A stretch of 18,467 nucleotides of DNA from Candidatus Undinarchaeales archaeon. Its GTDB lineage: Archaea; SpSt-1190; JASMDC01. Shown piece after piece: positions 17,006-18,467 of this stretch (the first letter of the stretch is position 1; every line of letters begins with the position of its first letter). The translations under genes and the position numbers were made by a program. The notes under the pieces are model-generated. The model was not told where the DNA came from. It saw only the letters and a program-made list of their open reading frames with translations, and made no database searches. The stretch lies in contig JASMDC010000057.1 of assembly GCA_030753015.1 (NCBI GenBank), positions 1 through 18,467 on the forward strand, in the 5' to 3' direction.

Positions 17006-18072
17006 TATTTCTTTGACAGCTCCGGGAAGAACTGGAAGACCTTCTTTACGAGCTTATCGCATCCGTACTTCAGGGTGTCCGTCGTCGGGAGATCGAACTT
17101 CTCTTCGTACTCGGTGATGGTCCCTGCCAGCTCCTCGTCGGTCATCTTTTCATGGTTGATGGTGATGGCGATCACCTTCGACTTCGAGAAGACCTCCAGA
17201 AGCTCGATCTCGCTCTCCAGCGTCGGCATTGGCATGTAGGAGAAGTCCTCGATGTTCACTCTCTTGGGAGGGTGCTGGACTATGATCCCGCGCGGTCGCG
17301 CGCCACGGATGATGGCACATGTGCTGAGGTACGCCGGGTGGCTCAATGCGCCCTGGCCCTCGACGATGATCATGTCCGGATGGTCCGTGTCGTATGCCTC
17401 CATGACGGCGTTCTCGACCTCGCCGGTCATGAACTCCTCGACGATAGCATCCACTGCGACGCCGAACTTGGCGCCCTGGATCAGTCCGGTCTGGCCGGTC
17501 GCAACGAAAGAGACGTTCAGGCCTTCCTTCTTCAATGCGTCCACGAGCAGTACCGACGTGGTCCTCTTTCCGACCGCGCCGTCCGTGCCGAGCACGGCCA
17601 CTATCGGAATCTTGACATTGAGGATGCGCCCGGAGAATAGATGAAGGTCCTTCTTTGCCGGAGGCATTCTGATGTCGTGGATCTTGACGCCGTTTTCCGC
17701 TGCCTTCTGCATGAACTCTTCATCTTCTGTGAAGAACTCATGGAGGCCGTTCACGATGTCCATCTTCTTTTCTATGGCCTTTATCACGATCGCGCGCTGT
17801 TCCTTCGAAAGGAACGCCTCGAGGGGCGCAAGGCCATAGATGAAGATCTCTGGGGTATACCCCAGCTTCTCGATAGCATCGTCCATATCACGGTATATCG
17901 GTATCCCGTTCTTTACGCCATCGAGATGTTCACCTGCGTCCAAGCCCACTTTCGAGCTGTCGACGACGCAGACGATCTCGTACTTCTGTGAGTGCCTGAC
18001 AAGTCCGTTCGTGACCTTTCCGTCACCCTTCCCGAATTGCTTTTCGCAATATGCTATCGCCTTTGGTCTCAT
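17005..18072 (-). CDS. DUF1611 domain protein (DgcN-like, P-loop-containing putative D-amino-acid N-acetyltransferase)
   Basis: GTDGAVGKRTT P-loop, ATGQTG, IVEGQGAL, NGLH and DIR motifs of DUF1611. Stop abuts the racemase start. GGTGA RBS upstream. Confidence 0.9.
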   Translation of the reverse strand: MRPKAIAYCEKQFGKGDGKVTNGLVRHSQKYEIVCVVDSSKVGLDAGEHLDGVKNGIPIYRDMDDAIEKLGYTPEIFIYGLAPLEAFLSKEQRAIVIKAIEKKMDIVNGLHEFFTEDEEFMQKAAENGVKIHDIRMPPAKKDLHLFSGRILNVKIPIVAVLGTDGAVGKRTTSVLLVDALKKEGLNVSFVATGQTGLIQGAKFGVAVDAIVEEFMTGEVENAVMEAYDTDHPDMIIVEGQGALSHPAYLSTCAIIRGARPRGIIVQHPPKRVNIEDFSYMPMPTLESEIELLEVFSKSKVIAITINHEKMTDEELAGTITEYEEKFDLPTTDTLKYGCDKLVKKVFQFFPELSKK

Positions 18073-18327
18073 GTGTTATCACCAGGATTCATCGATCGGT
18101 TAGGATCCGTTCGCGGATACATGAACGGGAGTTCTAAATACTTATCGATACGGGGCTCTGGATCGATTGCCCGTAACTCAGGCGGGGATTGAGCGTGTGA
18201 ATTATGACATAGTAAGCAGTTAGTTTTCCAAACTGCCATAGCGTCAAGAATCGGTTGTCGATACTGAAGTAATCTTACTAATTCTTTGATTGATTCGTTG
18301 TCGGTAAAAGTCTCAATGAATATATAA

Positions 18328-18372
18328 AAGTAAGCATTAAAACATAAAATATTTATAGATTTATGCTTACTT
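18328..18372. promoter_or_regulatory. Inverted repeat bracketing a TATA box upstream of an HTH gene
   Basis: AAGTAAGCAT (18328-18337) and ATGCTTACTT (18363-18372) are perfect 10-bp arms, with TTTATA at 18352-18357 between them. Confidence 0.6.
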
Positions 18373-18378
18373 AATATT

Positions 18379-18467
18379 ATGGTCAAAGAGCGGATTTCCG
18401 CCGACAATGTCATCGCTTTTTTACGAGACCACACGTTGCTCCGGGCGTCACAGCTAGCGGAGCATTT
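18379..18467 (+). CDS. N-terminus of probable winged-helix/HTH DNA-binding protein (runs off window)
   Basis: ATG at 18379 gives MVKERISADNVIAFLRDHTLLRASQLAEH, followed by an incomplete TT codon (F or L). This resembles the I..L.....(A/V)S(E/Q)LAEHF start of DeoR/HTH_11-type wHTH domains. TATA about 21 nt upstream. Confidence 0.55.
   Translation, partial: MVKERISADNVIAFLRDHTLLRASQLAEH

Noticed and set aside
18069-18434. 121-aa minus-strand ORF
   Set aside because: It spans an AT-rich promoter region and conflicts with the better-supported plus-strand HTH start at 18379.
1-18467. CRISPR array, tRNA or rRNA genes
   Set aside because: No regularly spaced direct repeats or cloverleaf/rRNA signatures were seen by eye; tRNAscan-SE and Infernal would be needed to exclude them formally.

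Overview
GC-rich archaeal chromosomal window. The lineage is not determinable here; TATA-like boxes about 22-30 nt upstream of start codons, GGTGA/GAGG ribosome-binding sites, an archaeal-type ProRS and Mre11/Rad50 support an archaeon. The left end is housekeeping: a partial prolyl-tRNA synthetase (missed by the ORF track) is divergent from an mre11-rad50 operon. The remainder is accessory. It holds a Cys-rich lipoprotein, three tandem divergent paralogous 2-TM membrane proteins, a GNAT acetyltransferase, an ABC-2 exporter, an F420/deazaflavin-dependent oxidoreductase, a complete IS1634-family element (17-bp terminal inverted repeats, 6-bp target duplication), a VapBC-type toxin-antitoxin pair with palindromic operator, a SAM methyltransferase, a SnoaL-like ester cyclase and a DUF1611(DgcN-like)/PLP-racemase operon. 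The start of an HTH protein lies at the right edge. The most interesting leads are the paralogous membrane-protein array, a Mre11 with a eukaryote-like latching-loop insertion and GTHE active-site variant, and a putative D-amino-acid module in an archaeon. All family calls come from motif recognition by eye; no database searches were run.
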